Below are positions 40,619 to 59,864 of a stretch of 64,000 nt of DNA, in pieces; positions within the stretch are counted from its first letter, which is position 1; every line of letters starts with the position of its first letter. The DNA comes from Octopus vulgaris. Its lineage: Eukaryota. Position numbers and translations under genes: made by a program. The notes beneath the pieces are model-generated. The model was given only the letters and a program-made list of their open reading frames with translations, was not told the DNA's origin and ran no database searches. The stretch is taken from NCBI GenBank assembly GCA_951406725.2, contig OX597834.1:15004001-15068000 (forward strand). The letters are read 5' to 3'.

Positions 40619-41207
40619 TAAATAAAACATATGCATATATATATATATACATATATGTACGTACCTACCTCTACATGTATATATACACGCATATATGAAT
40701 GAGTACAGGACACCAAAAGAACGTCGAACACAATGGGAAACGAAAACATAGCCAAAAACCCAAGGAACTGGACATTTTTCTTAAACAACAAAAAAATAGA
40801 CTACAGGACAAATAACACAAGGAAAAAACCCCTTCTTCAGTCGCCATGGTTTCATCTACTCTACGTTTCGAAGGTGAAGGCGAGACGTATCTTCGATAGA
40901 AACTTTCCTTACTGCGAAAAGCAAATCAAATCAAATTTGAGATCTTTTTACAGGGGGGTAAAAATGGTAACAAAAACAGGACAGTATATATATAGTATAT
41001 CAGTATATACAGTATATATATAGTTAATCCAAACATATATATATAAATAATATTAGGGGAATAAGAATTATAGAAATTATTATTACCAGTGGCCTAGCAC
41101 AAAAAAATTAGTCAATAGACTATATGTTATTCACATAAAAATATTATGCAGAAGGCTTTGCTATTTGGAAAGCCTCTTAATGTGTTTTAATGTACACGAT
41201 ATTTTTA

Positions 41208-41261
<54 letters not shown>

Positions 41262-41280
41262 CATATACATATATACATAT

Positions 41281-41322
<42 letters not shown>

Positions 41323-41341
41323 CACATATATATATTATAAA

Positions 41342-41492
<151 letters not shown>

Positions 41493-41769
41493 ATTAATGT
41501 TGGTGCTCTGGACTTCGTGGATGTTCCAAGAGAACTTTCCTCATGTATTTTGTTTGCAAGATATATATATCGGCACACGAATGCACAAAGAGCACTTGCA
41601 CTAGCTGGTATCGAACCTAGATATCAATATTAGCAAGCAAATAACCTAGCAACATAGGTGTGTCTGCTGATTTGCAGTAGGATCGATCTTATCCTTGTTT
41701 ATAAATATTAGTCAGTTGATAACTAAAATGGTAAAAGCCGTAGAAGTTTCGGTGCTGGTAAGAGATTGG

Positions 41770-42152
41770 TTATGGTGGCGGTGGTGTCGGTAGTAGTGGT
41801 TGTGGTGGTGTCGGTAGTAGTGGTTGTGGTGGCGGTTGTCCTCGTCGTGGTGGTGTCTGTGTTGGTGGTAGTGGTGATGGTCACCGTCATGGTAATCGTC
41901 GTGGCCGTGGTGATGGTAGTCGAATTTGTGGTGGTGGTGGTGGTGTTGGTAATGTAGGTAGTGGTGGCAGTGGTGTCTGTGGTGGTTGTCGTGGTCATGG
42001 TTTTGGTCGCTGGGATTGTTTTCGAGTTTGTGGTAGTGGTGGTGGTTTTGGCGGTGGTAGAGATGGTAGTAGTAGTGGTGGTAATGGAGGTAGTGGTGAC
42101 GGTGATGTCTGTGGTGATGGTCGTCGTCGGCGTGATTGTGCTGGTGGTGGTG

Positions 42153-42207
<55 letters not shown>

Positions 42208-42282
42208 AGGAATGAATAGTAGTAGTAGTAGTAGTAGTAGTAGTAGAAGAATGAGTAGTAGTAGTAGTAGAAGAATGAGTAT

Positions 42283-42356
<74 letters not shown>

Positions 42357-42703
42357 AGAATAACAATGTCGATACCTCAAATACGTAGATTTGAAGATGA
42401 AGATGATGATGAGGAGCAGGAGGCAGGAGAGGAATAAAGGAAGAAGAAAAGGAAGAAGAAGAAGAAGAAGAAGAAGAAGAAGAAGGAGAAGAAGAAAAAG
42501 GAGGAGGAGGAGGAGGAGACGGAGACGGAGACGGAGATAGTGGGAAGAAGAAAGAGAGGAAGAGTGAGCAAAGAGGAGTAAGAGCAGAGAAGGATGGGGC
42601 GGAGAAGGGGAGGATGATGATGAGCACGACCACGACGACGATGATGAGCCGATGATGATGACGACGATGCTGATGATGATGATGGTCATGACAATGATGG
42701 TGG

Positions 42704-42761
<58 letters not shown>

Positions 42762-43011
42762 AATGGTGATGATGATGATGATGATGATGGTGGTGGTGAT
42801 GATGATGATGATGATGATGATGATGACGACGATGATGATGATGGTCATGACAATGATGGTGGTGATGATGATAATGATGATGGTGATGATGATGATGATA
42901 ATGATGATGATGATGGTGATGATGATGATGATGATGATGGTGGTGATGATGATGATGATGATGATGATGATGACGACGATGATGATGATGGTCATGACAA
43001 TGATGGTGGTG

Positions 43012-43043
<32 letters not shown>

Positions 43044-43055
43044 GATGATGATGAA
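41770..43055. repeat. Trinucleotide block: (GGT)n, (TAG)n, (GAA/GAG)n, (GAT)n
   Basis: Direct reading; source of the 355-aa His-rich ORF. Confidence 0.95.
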
Positions 43056-43686
43056 ACAACATTCCTAGTGGCTGTTGTGTTACGAGATTACAGAAGAAGG
43101 TAAACTGTACTGTCTTGGGGAAGGCAGATATCCCATAATTAATTGCTTATGCCTGAAGTTTTTTTTTTCTTCGTAATCCTGAACATGGTTAAAGCAAATC
43201 TCGTCACAAGGGAACCAGATTGACTTGACTTAGTAAACTATCGAATGTTTGTTTTCGTCTCTTTCACCATGAGACAACACAGGAAAAATAATTTAAAATA
43301 TACAGCAACAACAATAACAACAACGGTCACAACAACAACAACAACAACAACAACAAAAAAGACATGCGGAACAAACAAACAGATATTTCTATGTTTGCCG
43401 TCTCCCTTGTTTCTTAGACATTTTAGTCAATATCTACGCATCTCATTTTCATCTCTGTTTCTATTGCATCTCTATCTGCCTCAGTTATGTGTAAGCCCCC
43501 ACCCCCACCCCATATATATACATATATGTACTGATAAGATCCAAGAATCAAGGTGTAGGAAGTTGGCGAGCTTCAATATTTGCTTATATGTGTGCCGTGC
43601 ATGTGTGTAACATTTAACATGCATACACAATCAGACGAGTATATGTGTATTTATATACAAACAGACGATTGCGTATTCGTATAAGA

Positions 43687-43815
<129 letters not shown>

Positions 43816-43904
43816 CACAAATGTGTATATATATGGATATATATATATATATATATATATACATATGTATAAATATACAAATGTATATATATATATAGTT
43901 GAAA

Positions 43905-44025
43905 TTTACAGAAAAACAAAAGACGAAGAGAGTGCATAAACAGCGTGTAGTAGTTTAACGCTCGGGAAAGGGAAGAAGTCCTTTACGTTTCGAGCCTACG
44001 CTCTTCAACAGAAAGGAACACGAGG
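43905..44025 (-). mobile_element. Family D copy (core CUGUUGA)
   Basis: CTTT-CTGTTGA-A-GAGCGTAGGCTC-GAAAC-GT-A-AAGG. Confidence 0.75.
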
Positions 44026-44334
44026 AAATATGTAAATATATATATGTATGTATGTATATATATATATACATACATAAATATACCAAAGAAATGGCAAATA
44101 TGTATGACAATATGGGTGCATACTTTGGGTGAATAAAACTATTCCTTGTATTTATAAAACATTAGCATACATTTTTTTCTTCTCTACAAATTCCATACTT
44201 GATGACCTAATATATATATACAAACACACACACAGAAACATATATATATACGAACATATATATATATATATAAATACATACATACACACATACATACATA
44301 CATACATACATACATACATACATACATACATACA

Positions 44335-44367
<33 letters not shown>

Positions 44368-44958
44368 TGACTAAAACGAATTCAAATTAGATTTTTCAAA
44401 AATTATTCTTAATTAGAGAAATACTTCATTTCGAATATTAATTGTAAGATATTCAGAGAATATATTATCTCAACAACGCAAAGATAAATTTAAATGTGAA
44501 TACAAAGCCAGAGAATAGTGTAATCGATCCATTAATAATGTTGACGCTATCTCTCTGGCAGACAAGAAAGAACCATAGCTAATACAGCGACCCTTGCTTA
44601 CATAATTTCTTTTGATTTCAGAATATGCTTTCAGATATTTCATTGAACATTTTCAAGAAATAAAAGGTCTTCGAAACATGTCATTCACATTGAGAAAGTC
44701 GACCTGAAGATGGTAGGAATTCTATTGTTTCTGAACATTATAAAGGGTTACAAATGAATATCTTTCGGGGAAATACGAGTGCATTATCGATGTGGTGCAA
44801 TACATGGATTCTAAAAATGACGTGTTTTAAGAGTTTTGCGCAAGGCTGCTTAGGCAAAGTCAGAGAGGACAGAAGAATTTCAAATATAATACAAAAACAA
44901 GAGCAATAAGCCCATTCACTTAGCAAATATTATATATGTACAATATATATATATATAA

Positions 44959-45018
<60 letters not shown>

Positions 45019-45150
45019 TTAAGTAGTTGAATGAATTATCCTAGTATGGATAATTCGGTTAACCGATACCCGGGTAGCAAATTTACGTCAGAAAGCACGG
45101 TTGAAGCTACATGCCAAGGGAAGAAATCACGTGCTATCTATATATATCTA

Positions 45151-45212
<62 letters not shown>

Positions 45213-45298
45213 TGAGGAAATAAAATCCAAACTTACAAGGAAAAAGAATTTCAATTTAGAAATACTAAATCAAATTCCACACAATATAATATATATAA

Positions 45299-45479
45299 AA
45301 TATTAGAAAAAAAACACCTTGTATCAATGAATAATTAATTACACCATCTAGAAAATTACATATAATAGAAAAGTTAAAATTAAAATTAAAATTAAACTTT
45401 TCTATTATATGTAATTTTCTAGATGGTGTAATTTGATTATTCATTTTGAATTGATAGAAGGTGGATTTTTTCTAATATG
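45299..45479. repeat. Inverted repeat with a (TTAAAA)n spacer
   Basis: Perfect inner arms 45336-45373 / 45394-45433; imperfect extension outward. Confidence 0.8.
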
Positions 45480-45510
45480 TTATATATATATATATATATA
45501 TATATATAAC

Positions 45511-45550
<40 letters not shown>

Positions 45551-46191
45551 GTATATATACATATAATATATATATATTTATATGTATGTATATATATGTG
45601 TGTGTGTGTGTGTGTGTGAAAGGCGCATGGCTCAGTGGTTAGAGCGTATCCAATAGAAACGTGTGTGTTTGTGTGAGAAAGAGAGAGAGAAGCACACAGA
45701 CAGTCAAAGGGATACAGATAGACTGGCCCGCAGACAGACAGACGGACGCAGATAGAAAGACACACAGACAGACAGAGGGATACAGAGACAGAGATAGACG
45801 GAGGAAAGAAGGAATCAGATGTGAATATTCAAAGGTGCCGCGGATTGCGATCGCGTGTCAATTGTTATAAATGTCGGAAATCCTTTCGCGGTTTTCTCTA
45901 TTCAGAAATGTACTTCTGACTACACACACACACACAAACACATACACACACACACAAAAACACAAACACACATGCACACAGGCAAGCGCATATATAATGT
46001 GTGTACTTACAGAGTGTTTGTGCAAGGGGAAAATTCTAAGTAATTAAATAAGAAGAGGCCTGAGTTTAATATGGAGAATAAATTTAATTTATTCTGTGTA
46101 TACTTCGTTCATTTCAATTTACCCGTAAACATATACTTTAAGTGGAAATACTTGTAAATAGAGAATCCGGTACATACATACACACACTTAA

Positions 46192-46355
<164 letters not shown>

Positions 46356-46356
46356 T

Positions 46357-46432
<76 letters not shown>

Positions 46433-46641
46433 TGTTTCTTTATTAGCCACACAGGGCTGCACACAGACAGGGCAAAATTACAAGGTAGAGCTTTTCTTTT
46501 GTGAGTGAAAGAAGGGGGTTTGGTTTTCGATCAAAAAGGATCGTAAATGGAAAGAAAGAGGACAAAATAAGAGGGGGATAAAATAAAATTTTAAAAATAG
46601 ATGAGTAGATAGATAGATGGATAGATAGGTAGGTAGGTTGG

Positions 46642-46716
<75 letters not shown>

Positions 46717-46746
46717 TAAGACAGACAGACTGTAAAACAGACAGAC

Positions 46747-46841
<95 letters not shown>

Positions 46842-47516
46842 AGTGAAACGATATACGCATATATTTATATGTAACTGCCTATCTATTTCAACTTATCTAC
46901 GTGCACGAGTTTAGCTCCCTCTATAAGTAACGTTAAGATAAAAGGCAGTAGTTAAAGACAACACAAGCAAACGAATAATAGAAACATACGAAAATACAAT
47001 AATTTCATACGTGGAAAAGAATCGGATGGAAACATATTTGGTTTGAAGAAACATAAGATTCTTTATTGAAAGCCATTTCCAGTTACCGTGTCACACATCC
47101 TTTCAGAACTAATTCAATCAGAGAAATGCAACAGAGGGACTTAAGAACATACTTTTCTCTGGAAAAGAAACTTGGAGGTTGACTGATGATACATTAGGGC
47201 ATACGAAAATAAACAGGGAATGATCAGTAATGGCGGAACTAGAAGTAGATATATCTCTACATCCATCTGCCATGTTTGTGATATGTGTGTACTGGCTTTT
47301 GGATATATATTTATATATATGTGTGTGTAGGTATATCTCTCTGTATCTGTTTCTATCTACCTATCTATCATTCTATGTATGTATGTATGTATATATATAT
47401 GTCTAACTATTCCATTTGTTTATCTATGTATTCAATTTTCTGTTCTATCTCTCTCTCTCTTCACACACAGACACACAGACACCCACACCCACACACACAC
47501 ACACACACACACACAT

Positions 47517-47594
<78 letters not shown>

Positions 47595-47830
47595 TCGATT
47601 TCTTCGACTAAAGGCGATGCTCTAGCATGGCAGTGGTCAAATGGCTGAATTAGGCAAAAGAATAATAGAAAATACATATACACGAGGAGTCAAAAATTAT
47701 CAGCACCTTAGTCACAACAGATCTTTATTATTGCCACACTGCCCCCCGCGCATGCGTGCTTATATTTTACCATTATAGTCGCGTGTTCGCAGTATGAGCC
47801 TGACTGCACCATTCCTCTGTCTTACTTTAC

Positions 47831-47913
<83 letters not shown>

Positions 47914-47979
47914 GAGACAGTGAGAGAGAGATTTACGCACACACACACATATATATATACATATATAAATAAATAAATA

Positions 47980-48060
<81 letters not shown>

Positions 48061-48225
48061 ACGTATGCATGTATGTATATATATGCATATATATGTATGT
48101 ACACAAGTATGCAAATATGGGTGCATATTTTATTTCAAGAGAATTTGTTGTCAAGAAGTTGACTTTCGTGTACGTCAAGTAAGTGATATATATATACATA
48201 TATATATACATATATATATATATAC

Positions 48226-48297
<72 letters not shown>

Positions 48298-48857
48298 AAA
48301 TTAATGAGTTAAAAATGTTAGATATTTGTCTTAAACATTGAGACAAGCAAATTCATAATTCAGAAATATGGCATGTGATATTATTCCATTCAAATAACCA
48401 CATATTTATATTAAGACATAGACGATAAAAATTCATAGAAATATAAGAATATAAATATAAAAAAAATAAGGAGTAACATGAAATTAGAAAATATAGTTAG
48501 AATAGATTAAAGAAGGCGATTAAAAGGATCAGTACAAACCATATATCTGTGTATTTGTGTGTGTGTGTGTTTGTATGTGCGTGGGTATGTGCGCGTGTAT
48601 GTATTGTTGTGTCGGTGGGGGGGAGTCATTCTCTTTTAGTGCCTTATTTAACACACACACCGGTACTTAATTTTCCTGAAATTTACTTATTCATTTTTAT
48701 TTATTTATTTATCCTGAAATTTTCGTCACGTCCTTCAAGCTTTTGTGTGTTGAATAATAAGGCCCTAAAAGAGAATGACTCTCCCCAGACACAACAGAAT
48801 ATGCTTCAACACACGAACTCACATAAAGATTCTAGCAAACCAAATTTAAAACCTAAG

Positions 48858-48891
<34 letters not shown>

Positions 48892-49725
48892 GGTAGGTAG
48901 GTAGGTATGTATGAATGTATATATTCACACACATATATATAGACACATATATATACATACGTGTATTATATAATGTACATTTATGAGCGTGTGAGTGTAT
49001 GTGTGTATGTATGTGTGTTTGTGTGTTCATGGGTGTGTATCTGTTTGCCTGTATACGTGTGTGAGAGTACAGTAGAACAATCATTCGTCTTTATAGAGTT
49101 CTCTCCTTGTATTCCAGTTTTCCTCTATTTCTCTAAACGAGGGTTTATTTATTGTTAAACATTACGCTCTCTCTCTCTCCCTCTCTACTCACCCCCGTCT
49201 CCGTCTGTCCATTTTGCTATTATAATCCAACTCCTTAGCATTGATCCTTATTTAATTCATACGTATATGATTTCCGTATTGTCGGTGTTTCATCCGCTAG
49301 CGCACCGGCTGACCTTCATGTGTTTCCCTATTACACAATTCAATCCTACCAAGAAATATTCTTCTTCTGTTGACTTCATTTTTCTTTTATGCTCTCTCAG
49401 CACATTGTTATCGTATCGATTTCCCTTTCAACTCCGCAGGTAGAGTTTCTGATGTTCAATGACAGAAGAAATGGCAATTGAAAAAGGTCACATCGTTAAA
49501 GAGAAACCTCTTATACACCGGCAGACGCCATTTCCTTGTGTCTCGAATCTGATATCTTTCGTTCAGTGCACTTTACTTTCCATAACTTTTTATGTAGTTC
49601 ACACACTTTCCAAAATTTATCCACATATCATCACAACACCAGTTTCTCTGCGTGTAAAGAAAAAACGAAATTATAAGAATCATCATATTAATAATAATTT
49701 TTGTAATCTTAATAATAATAATGCT

Positions 49726-50038
49726 GAGACCCCCTTCGGTCATGACTGACCATGGGATTGCACCTGGAATGTTACCTTCCCAGGCACAAGTCCGGGCAAG
49801 GTTGCTTATGGAAGACCAGCAGTCGCCCATGCATACCAGTCTCTCTTCTTCTCTCCACGCCACCAGTGTTATCCAAAGGAAAGGCAAGGGCCGATACAGC
49901 TTGGCACCTGTGACGTCGCAACTCATTTCTACAGCTGGGTGAACTGGAGCAACGTGAAATAAAGTGTCTTCCTCAAGAACACAACACGTAGCCCAGTCCG
50001 GGATTCGAACTCACAACCTCATGATCGTAAACTCGACG
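49726..50038 (-). mobile_element. tRNA-derived SINE (family C-related central domain, different tail)
   Basis: Minus-strand GAGTTCGAATCCC B-box followed by GTGTTGTGTTCTTGAGGAAGACACTTTATTTCACG. Confidence 0.85.
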
Positions 50039-50043
50039 ATATG

Positions 50044-50974
<931 letters not shown>

Positions 50975-51270
50975 TATAATATATATATATATACTGATAG
51001 AGGGAGTCAAGGAACAAGTATTGGGGAGAGAAAATTAGCTAGAACAAATAGATGGGGAGAGAGAGAGAGAGAGAGTAAGAGAGGGAGTGGGAGAGAGACG
51101 GGCAGGCAGACACACAGACTTTGGATACGTGAGTTATGAGAAGATACCTGTTAACATTGTTGTGGGAATCGAAACCTCTTCAGAATGATTAGTCGTAGCA
51201 TGTAGGGGCTGGTTTGGTGAAAATACATATATATATTTATACACACATATGTGTCTGTGTGTCTGTATGC

Positions 51271-51321
<51 letters not shown>

Positions 51322-51335
51322 AGTGCATATATATG

Positions 51336-51392
<57 letters not shown>

Positions 51393-51819
51393 CTGAAACG
51401 TAATAGTTCCTTCACTTTATGAAATAGATTATACATTGGAAAATAACTCAGTTAAAACACAAAAGTTATGGAAACACGATTCCAGTTTTGGTGTTTTTCC
51501 TGCTTCTCTTGTTGTTGTTATTTTCCTGTTCAGCTCCGACCATTGCATCATTGAGCAGACCAACTATCAATCATTTAAACTATAGTTTTGCTTGTTTTCT
51601 TTTATTTTTTTTCCTAGCTTTCTATTCTGTCACTTGTTACCGTGTTCTTAACTTCTCAAATGTTAGTGATATTCATTGCAAGATATACGATATCTAGTTT
51701 TAGTTTATCAAACGATCGCCTTGAGGATATCGCCTCCGCTTCTTCAAGTTCAGGTACATTCGTTTTTGAATAGTTTACGAGGAGTTGGAACAATATTTCT
51801 TTATAAGATGTTATTCTTT

Positions 51820-52217
51820 TCTACTCTAGACACAAGGCCTGAATTTTTTTGTGGGGGAGGGGGCCAATAGATTATATCGACTCCAGTACGCAATTGGTAC
51901 TTAATTTATCGATTCCGAAACGATGAAAAGCAAAGTCGACCTCAGCGAAATTTGAACTCAGAACATAAAGACAGACGAAATACCTATTTCTTTACTACCC
52001 ACAAGGGGCTAAACACAGAAGGGACAAGCATAGACAGACAAACGGATCAAGTCGATTATATCGACCCCAGTGCGTAACTGGTACTTATTTAATCGATCCC
52101 GAAAGGATGAAAGACAAAGTCGACCTCGGCGGAATTTGAACTCACAACGTAGCGAAAGACGAAATACCGCTGAGCATTTCGCTCGTCGTGCTAACGTTTC
52201 TGCCAGCTCTCCGCCTT
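51820..52217 (-). mobile_element. SINE family A dimer combining both tail types
   Basis: G-rich tail unit 51820-51983 joined to a standard unit plus head. Confidence 0.85.
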
Positions 52218-53537
52218 CTTTCTGAGATGTTATTGTATGCGTTTAGCAGTACATACGACTACTATTTTTAGTTTAGCAAGGGCGAGGACAATACACCGGT
52301 GCGTTCGAGTTAATGTACCCATAATTTTTAATGTTCCATGAAAATTTCTAAGAATACTAGGATGTTATAGAAATATCCTTATGGAGCGAGTATTCCAGTC
52401 CTCTCTTTGAGGTTTTTAATGAGCAGTCGACCCTGTTCAGTGAGTTTATTTAACAGCTACGGTAATATAATTATATTTAGGTAATAGAATGATTTGCCTT
52501 ATAAATAAAGTATTGCTGGGATGAACGATTCCACGAGAATTGAACCGTTTCTACTTTATTTATCAGAAATTCATAATTTTCTCTTTCTTTCTTATACATT
52601 AACTTGTCTTTTATCTTCATATCTGAATGGAATCAGCGAGTTTCATCATAGTTCTCTAGATTTTATTGTAGTCGAGCTGATTGAGAATGTGAGACACGGA
52701 GGTAAATAGAAAGAAAGAAAAAAATACTTTCTACAATAGACACAAGCCTGACATTTTAGTGGAAGAGGCGAGTAGTTTACAGATTCTAATGTTCAACTGG
52801 AACTTACTTTATCGTCCCCAAAACGATAAACAGCAAAGTCGGTATCGGAAAATGAATTCGATTCGAGTGTTCACCCCGCAAAGGTTCAAAGGTTAATTGA
52901 ACTCCAGCTAGGGCGAAACGATTAACAAGGAATTCTAGTTGACACGCAAATGATTCGTTGTCATTTCACAACGCATGCAGATTTTAGTAAAGAAAAATGC
53001 AAGATCTGATATATAATATCAGAATTTAGTATACGAGATTTAAAGCGAATACGACTTATCCAAAACATTTTACCGATAAAAGAATCGATCGATGTAACTG
53101 CCTGTTAAATCAACAGGTCATTGTATAGTTTAAAAAATAACAAATATAACTTCAGGTTTCATTAAAATAATCTCTGTTATTTAAAACAATAAAAAAGAAA
53201 TTGAACGAAGTACTAAAAAATATTCAGAAGTTCAAAAGCGTTTTTAAGATCTCATCGAATCATTTCAAGAGTACAGTCTTCAAGTCAACTATTTCTGTTC
53301 AGTTTCCTGTAACGGAAGATTATGACGTTTTTATGTAATTTTGTTAAGCTAATGATTTCTTCGCAAAATAATACGTTAGCGCCATTTTCAAAATATTGAT
53401 TTAATTAGCGCAGTTTATGAAGCATATATGATAAAAGTCATAAAGAGGCGTTAAGATAAACTACATTAGTTTATGTAATTTAAGTATAAATATCACACAC
53501 GCACATGCATACAAACCGCCATATCAGATACATTTAA

Positions 53538-53575
<38 letters not shown>

Positions 53576-55419
53576 TGTATGTATGCGTATATGTGTGTGT
53601 GTTTGTATAAGTATACATATATACAAGGTACGTACCAACCTACATATATGTGTGTATATATATATATATATGTATGTATGTATGTATATATATATAGACA
53701 TAGACACACATAGACACACACATAGACACACACACTCACACACACACGCACAAGGAAACATATATATATATACGTCATTTAAATTTAATAAAGGTGTCTT
53801 TAAATATAACCTGACATTAGACTCCTTTCTGTATTAAGAATATTTGCACTAATTCTATTAATTGGTGATTCTAGCATCTGATGATTCGATCAATTTTTTC
53901 CCACCTATTTTCAGACTTTCGATCATCAGTTACCAATAAATTTTCACAAAATTTTAAGATGTTCCCAGTATTATTCGAGACACAATTCCTTTGCATAATT
54001 TTTACATGGTTCATTTCCCGATAATAATTTCTCACGTGCTAATACGGTGATATGAGTACATAAAGTAGTATACAAAGAGTCCGCATAAGGCGACGGCGCG
54101 GTTAAAGAGTGTCAAATGTAATCGTATCCTGGAGCTGTCCAAAATTCCCGGTTAGGCCTGACTTTGAACTCAGAATTATAACAGATATGCCAGCCGCTGT
54201 CTGGGTTGATTTTTCTTTTACTTTATTTTTAGGGATAGGAATAAACGTAACAATAGAGGGCTTAGTAAATTAATTTGGGAGCTAAAAGACCACAATAAAC
54301 AATTTAATTTAGATTGGTTGATTTTCTCAATTTCGATACTTCGTTCAATTTCTTTTTCAGCCCCAAGGAAAAACTAAGTTAAGGGCACTAGATTCCTAGG
54401 AAGAAACAGCGAATGTGAACGAAAACAAGGACGAAAAAAATGAGGAAATGGTACACTAATACAAATGCAAATAAAGGAGATTAACAACAGGTTTCTTTCT
54501 ACTAATGATTAATTAAATTAAGCTGGACTATAAATTAATTCACTGAAAATTGAATCTCACTTTATTAGCCATATCTAGGAGATCAATTTCGGGATAATGA
54601 CGACGTTCGAAATCCAAATTGTTATGCAATTTGTGAAAGACATATTTGAAGCAATTACACGTGGATTTAACTTTTGAACGTCACATTCAGCCCCCATAGT
54701 AATTTCTTCTACCGTTGGAATCTATAGTCAAAGAGATCTTTTGATCATAGAATTATATATCTTGCCTTATGAGATGGATGTTATCCCTTTTGTTACTAAT
54801 AAGATCCTTACGAAACGACTGTTGGAAAGGCCAGGAGTAGAATAAGGGACAATGCAGAAATTACGTATGCTGATCGGTTCCCTTCGATTAATGTAATTCT
54901 ATAGAGTGTTAAGCATGAAAATTAAATATATAATACCCAGGTTGAGCTATTTTATGTAGTCTAATATGGAGTTTCGTGTAATTCGAAAACTTGGTTTCGT
55001 TGGATTCATGTCACGTGGTAATGCAAACTCACCGAATACTTGTGCTGGAACAGTTGGGGCGATGAAGATGATGGTGGTGATGGTTGTGATAGTGGTGATG
55101 GGAGTGATGGTGGCGACGATGTTGATAATGGAAATGGTAGCGATGGTGGTCGCAGGTTATATCTGTTCTGGTTGTTTTTGTTGTAGTATATTTGTGATAT
55201 TCATTAAGTCGGTGATCATGGATGCAGGACATCTTGATGATGATGATGATGGTGATGAAGAGGAGGAGGAGGAGGAGGATGATAAGGGCGAGCACTGCTT
55301 GTATAAACGCCGCTATCCACTTCGTATACATATGTATGTATATATATATGTATATCTATCTATCTATCTATCTATATATATATATATATATATGTACACG
55401 GAGACAAACGTACGCACAT

Positions 55420-55489
<70 letters not shown>

Positions 55490-56259
55490 GCATGCACATA
55501 TATAAGGGTGACAACGCCGGTCATTATATATTTATACACGCACAAACACGTACATATATACATACACAAACATATATAGCTATATATATATATATACATA
55601 TATATATATGTATACACACACATATACACACACAGACACATACGTATATATATATACATAAATACAATCATATATAGACATACGCACGCATACATATATA
55701 CATGCATACATATATATATATACATACATACACACATACATATATATACATACATACATATATACATACATACATGAATATATATATACATACATACATA
55801 CATATGCATACATACATACATACATACATACAACCGTGTCCATGCTGAAGTGGCTCGCTCGCTCGCTCGCTTGCTTGCTTGCAGTGTAATATTAGCGATA
55901 ATGCTTCACGGAACCTTTTGCTCTTTCATCACCCTCGACGTATATCATTAGCGAAAGTGCAATGGAATTTGCGTTGGTGAAGCTTTATTGCTCTGAGACT
56001 ACTTGACATGGCTTGTGGTGAAATATGAACCCATAATCTCTTTAATACAGATAACGAACCAAAACTGAATGATTTGTACACGTCCAATTGTCTTGGAGAT
56101 CAACGAGATAATGTGGCGAGTGCTATTCCTTTATCATAGCTTAGCTGTCATGATTTATAACCTTGGATTAACAGCGGACGGTAATGCCGTCTATAAATTC
56201 GAATGATGGCTGTGCCGACCGGAGGAAATTTCTATCATTGCTAACGTTTCAAATAATGA

Positions 56260-58215
<1,956 letters not shown>

Positions 58216-59339
58216 TGCCAATCCGTCCCTTGAGCAAAAGTGTTCAAAGGAGCCGGGAATAGTATGAATAAAAACGCGTTTACAAAACCTTGATGTGGTT
58301 GACTCGATCGCGAGGGAAAAGAAAATAACAAAGTGAAAACATTACATAAAGAGAAAGAAAAAAACATTTACTAAGGTGTTGGGCCGCTTGTCTTGAGGGA
58401 ATAAAAAAACTCTTTGATTTCAGAAACCGTATCCATCTAAGGCAAGGGATTTCATTCAATTGTTATTCTCCGATAGAGTATCGAACCGTTTGATCCAGTA
58501 TCCACATCAATCTTGGTCGCTTTGCAACGGATATTTTGCAACACAGCATAAATTCCTTCTGAAGATTAAGTAAGAGAAAGAAGTTGTTGAGGGCATGGTT
58601 CACGTGTAAGAAATCTGTCTTAAACCTTCTCAGTTGTGTTCAACAATATTGACCAGAAGGCGTAAAAGTGTACGGCCTTCCTGGCCATATACTGGTCGCC
58701 TTTTTTTTTAACAAACCTTTGTTAGCAGAGAAGTGAAGAAATTAATATAATTAAACAACCGTTTTGTGTGTGCGCAACGTTGCAACATGTGGCAACACTG
58801 GTTCCGGCACGTCTACACGGCTGCGTATAGCGACATACACACACACACAAACACAAATATATAAATATTTATATATATACATATACGACGGGCTTGACGC
58901 AGATGCACACTGCACCAGCAGCAGATTGCATTCCCAGAATACAGAATGATACCCTTTAGTGAACATATTGAGAAATGCGCAAAGTAACTGCTACCATAAT
59001 TTGTAATCTTTCCATTCTATCAATGCGCCATTGGGACAGCAACACAAGTTAGATTAAATAAGGAAACGTACTTCATTGAAAAATATAAGCCAAACTTAAC
59101 AATTTCCAACATTTTTAAATAAGAAAACTTACCTCACTGAACAAATTATAAAGCAAAATCTAACCACTTGTAACATTCTTTTCCTTCTAAACCAAATGTT
59201 AAATTAATAAAACCTAGTCATTCCCAATATTTTAGATTATCTCCCTTACACCAAAAAAAATCCCAGATTACCTTCCCCTGTCTGGAACTAAATATTTCAC
59301 AACATAGCGAAGAGATGATACAATATAGGTTAAAAAAAA

Positions 59340-59560
59340 TTGAGAAATTTTAAAAGAAAATACGAAACCGTTTATTTCTTCCAAAAAAAATTTCAAAATA
59401 CGCAAAATTTTATAAGATATTTCTAACATAACTATTTAAATATACTATTTAACCATATAACACAAGCCTTCTGTAGTTTTCTCTATTTCTTATTTTATAC
59501 ATCCAACCACGTGCTTTCACATACTAACTCTCTCACCTCTCTCTCTATATATATATACTT
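59340..59560 (+). mobile_element. Decayed copy of the 4121-4472 element family
   Basis: CAAGCCTTCTGTAGTTTT...CAACCACGTG.TTTCACA is the reverse complement of 4135-4200; GAAACCGTTT remnant. Confidence 0.65.
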
Positions 59561-59824
59561 TTTATCTTATATTAAACATTTTAATACCTTTTGATAGTTA
59601 TATATATTTAATATAAATAAAAAAAAAATTTTTAAATATAAATTTTAAAATTTTAAAATTTATAAAGATAAATTAATAATTTTAATTTGAAATTTAAATA
59701 ATTTAAATTTTTAAATTTTATATTTTATATATTTTGTATATTATATTAGTTATTTTTATTTTTATGTTTTGATTTATGTTTTTCATTGTTTGATTTGCCT
59801 AATAGTGGTTTTATCTCTAATTTA

Positions 59825-59864
<40 letters not shown>

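Noticed and set aside
40855-40905. Hammerhead-like motif on the minus strand (CTATCGA...GAAACGTA)
   Set aside because: Two core deviations, no convincing stem II, and stem I is mostly wobble pairs.
41995-43062. 355-aa His/Leu/Pro-rich ORF, the longest in the window
   Set aside because: It lies entirely within (GAT)n, (GAA)n and (TAG)n repeats, is open in overlapping frames and on both strands, and has no splice or domain evidence.
44685-44715. GAAACATGTC followed by CTGAAGA (possible permuted hammerhead)
   Set aside because: The intervening sequence does not form stem I, and the flanks do not form stem II.
47170-47215. CTGATGA followed by GAAAA
   Set aside because: No stem II or stem I pairing.
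53875-53935. CTGATGA on both strands around a short inverted repeat
   Set aside because: No room for stem II and no NUH/stem I arrangement.
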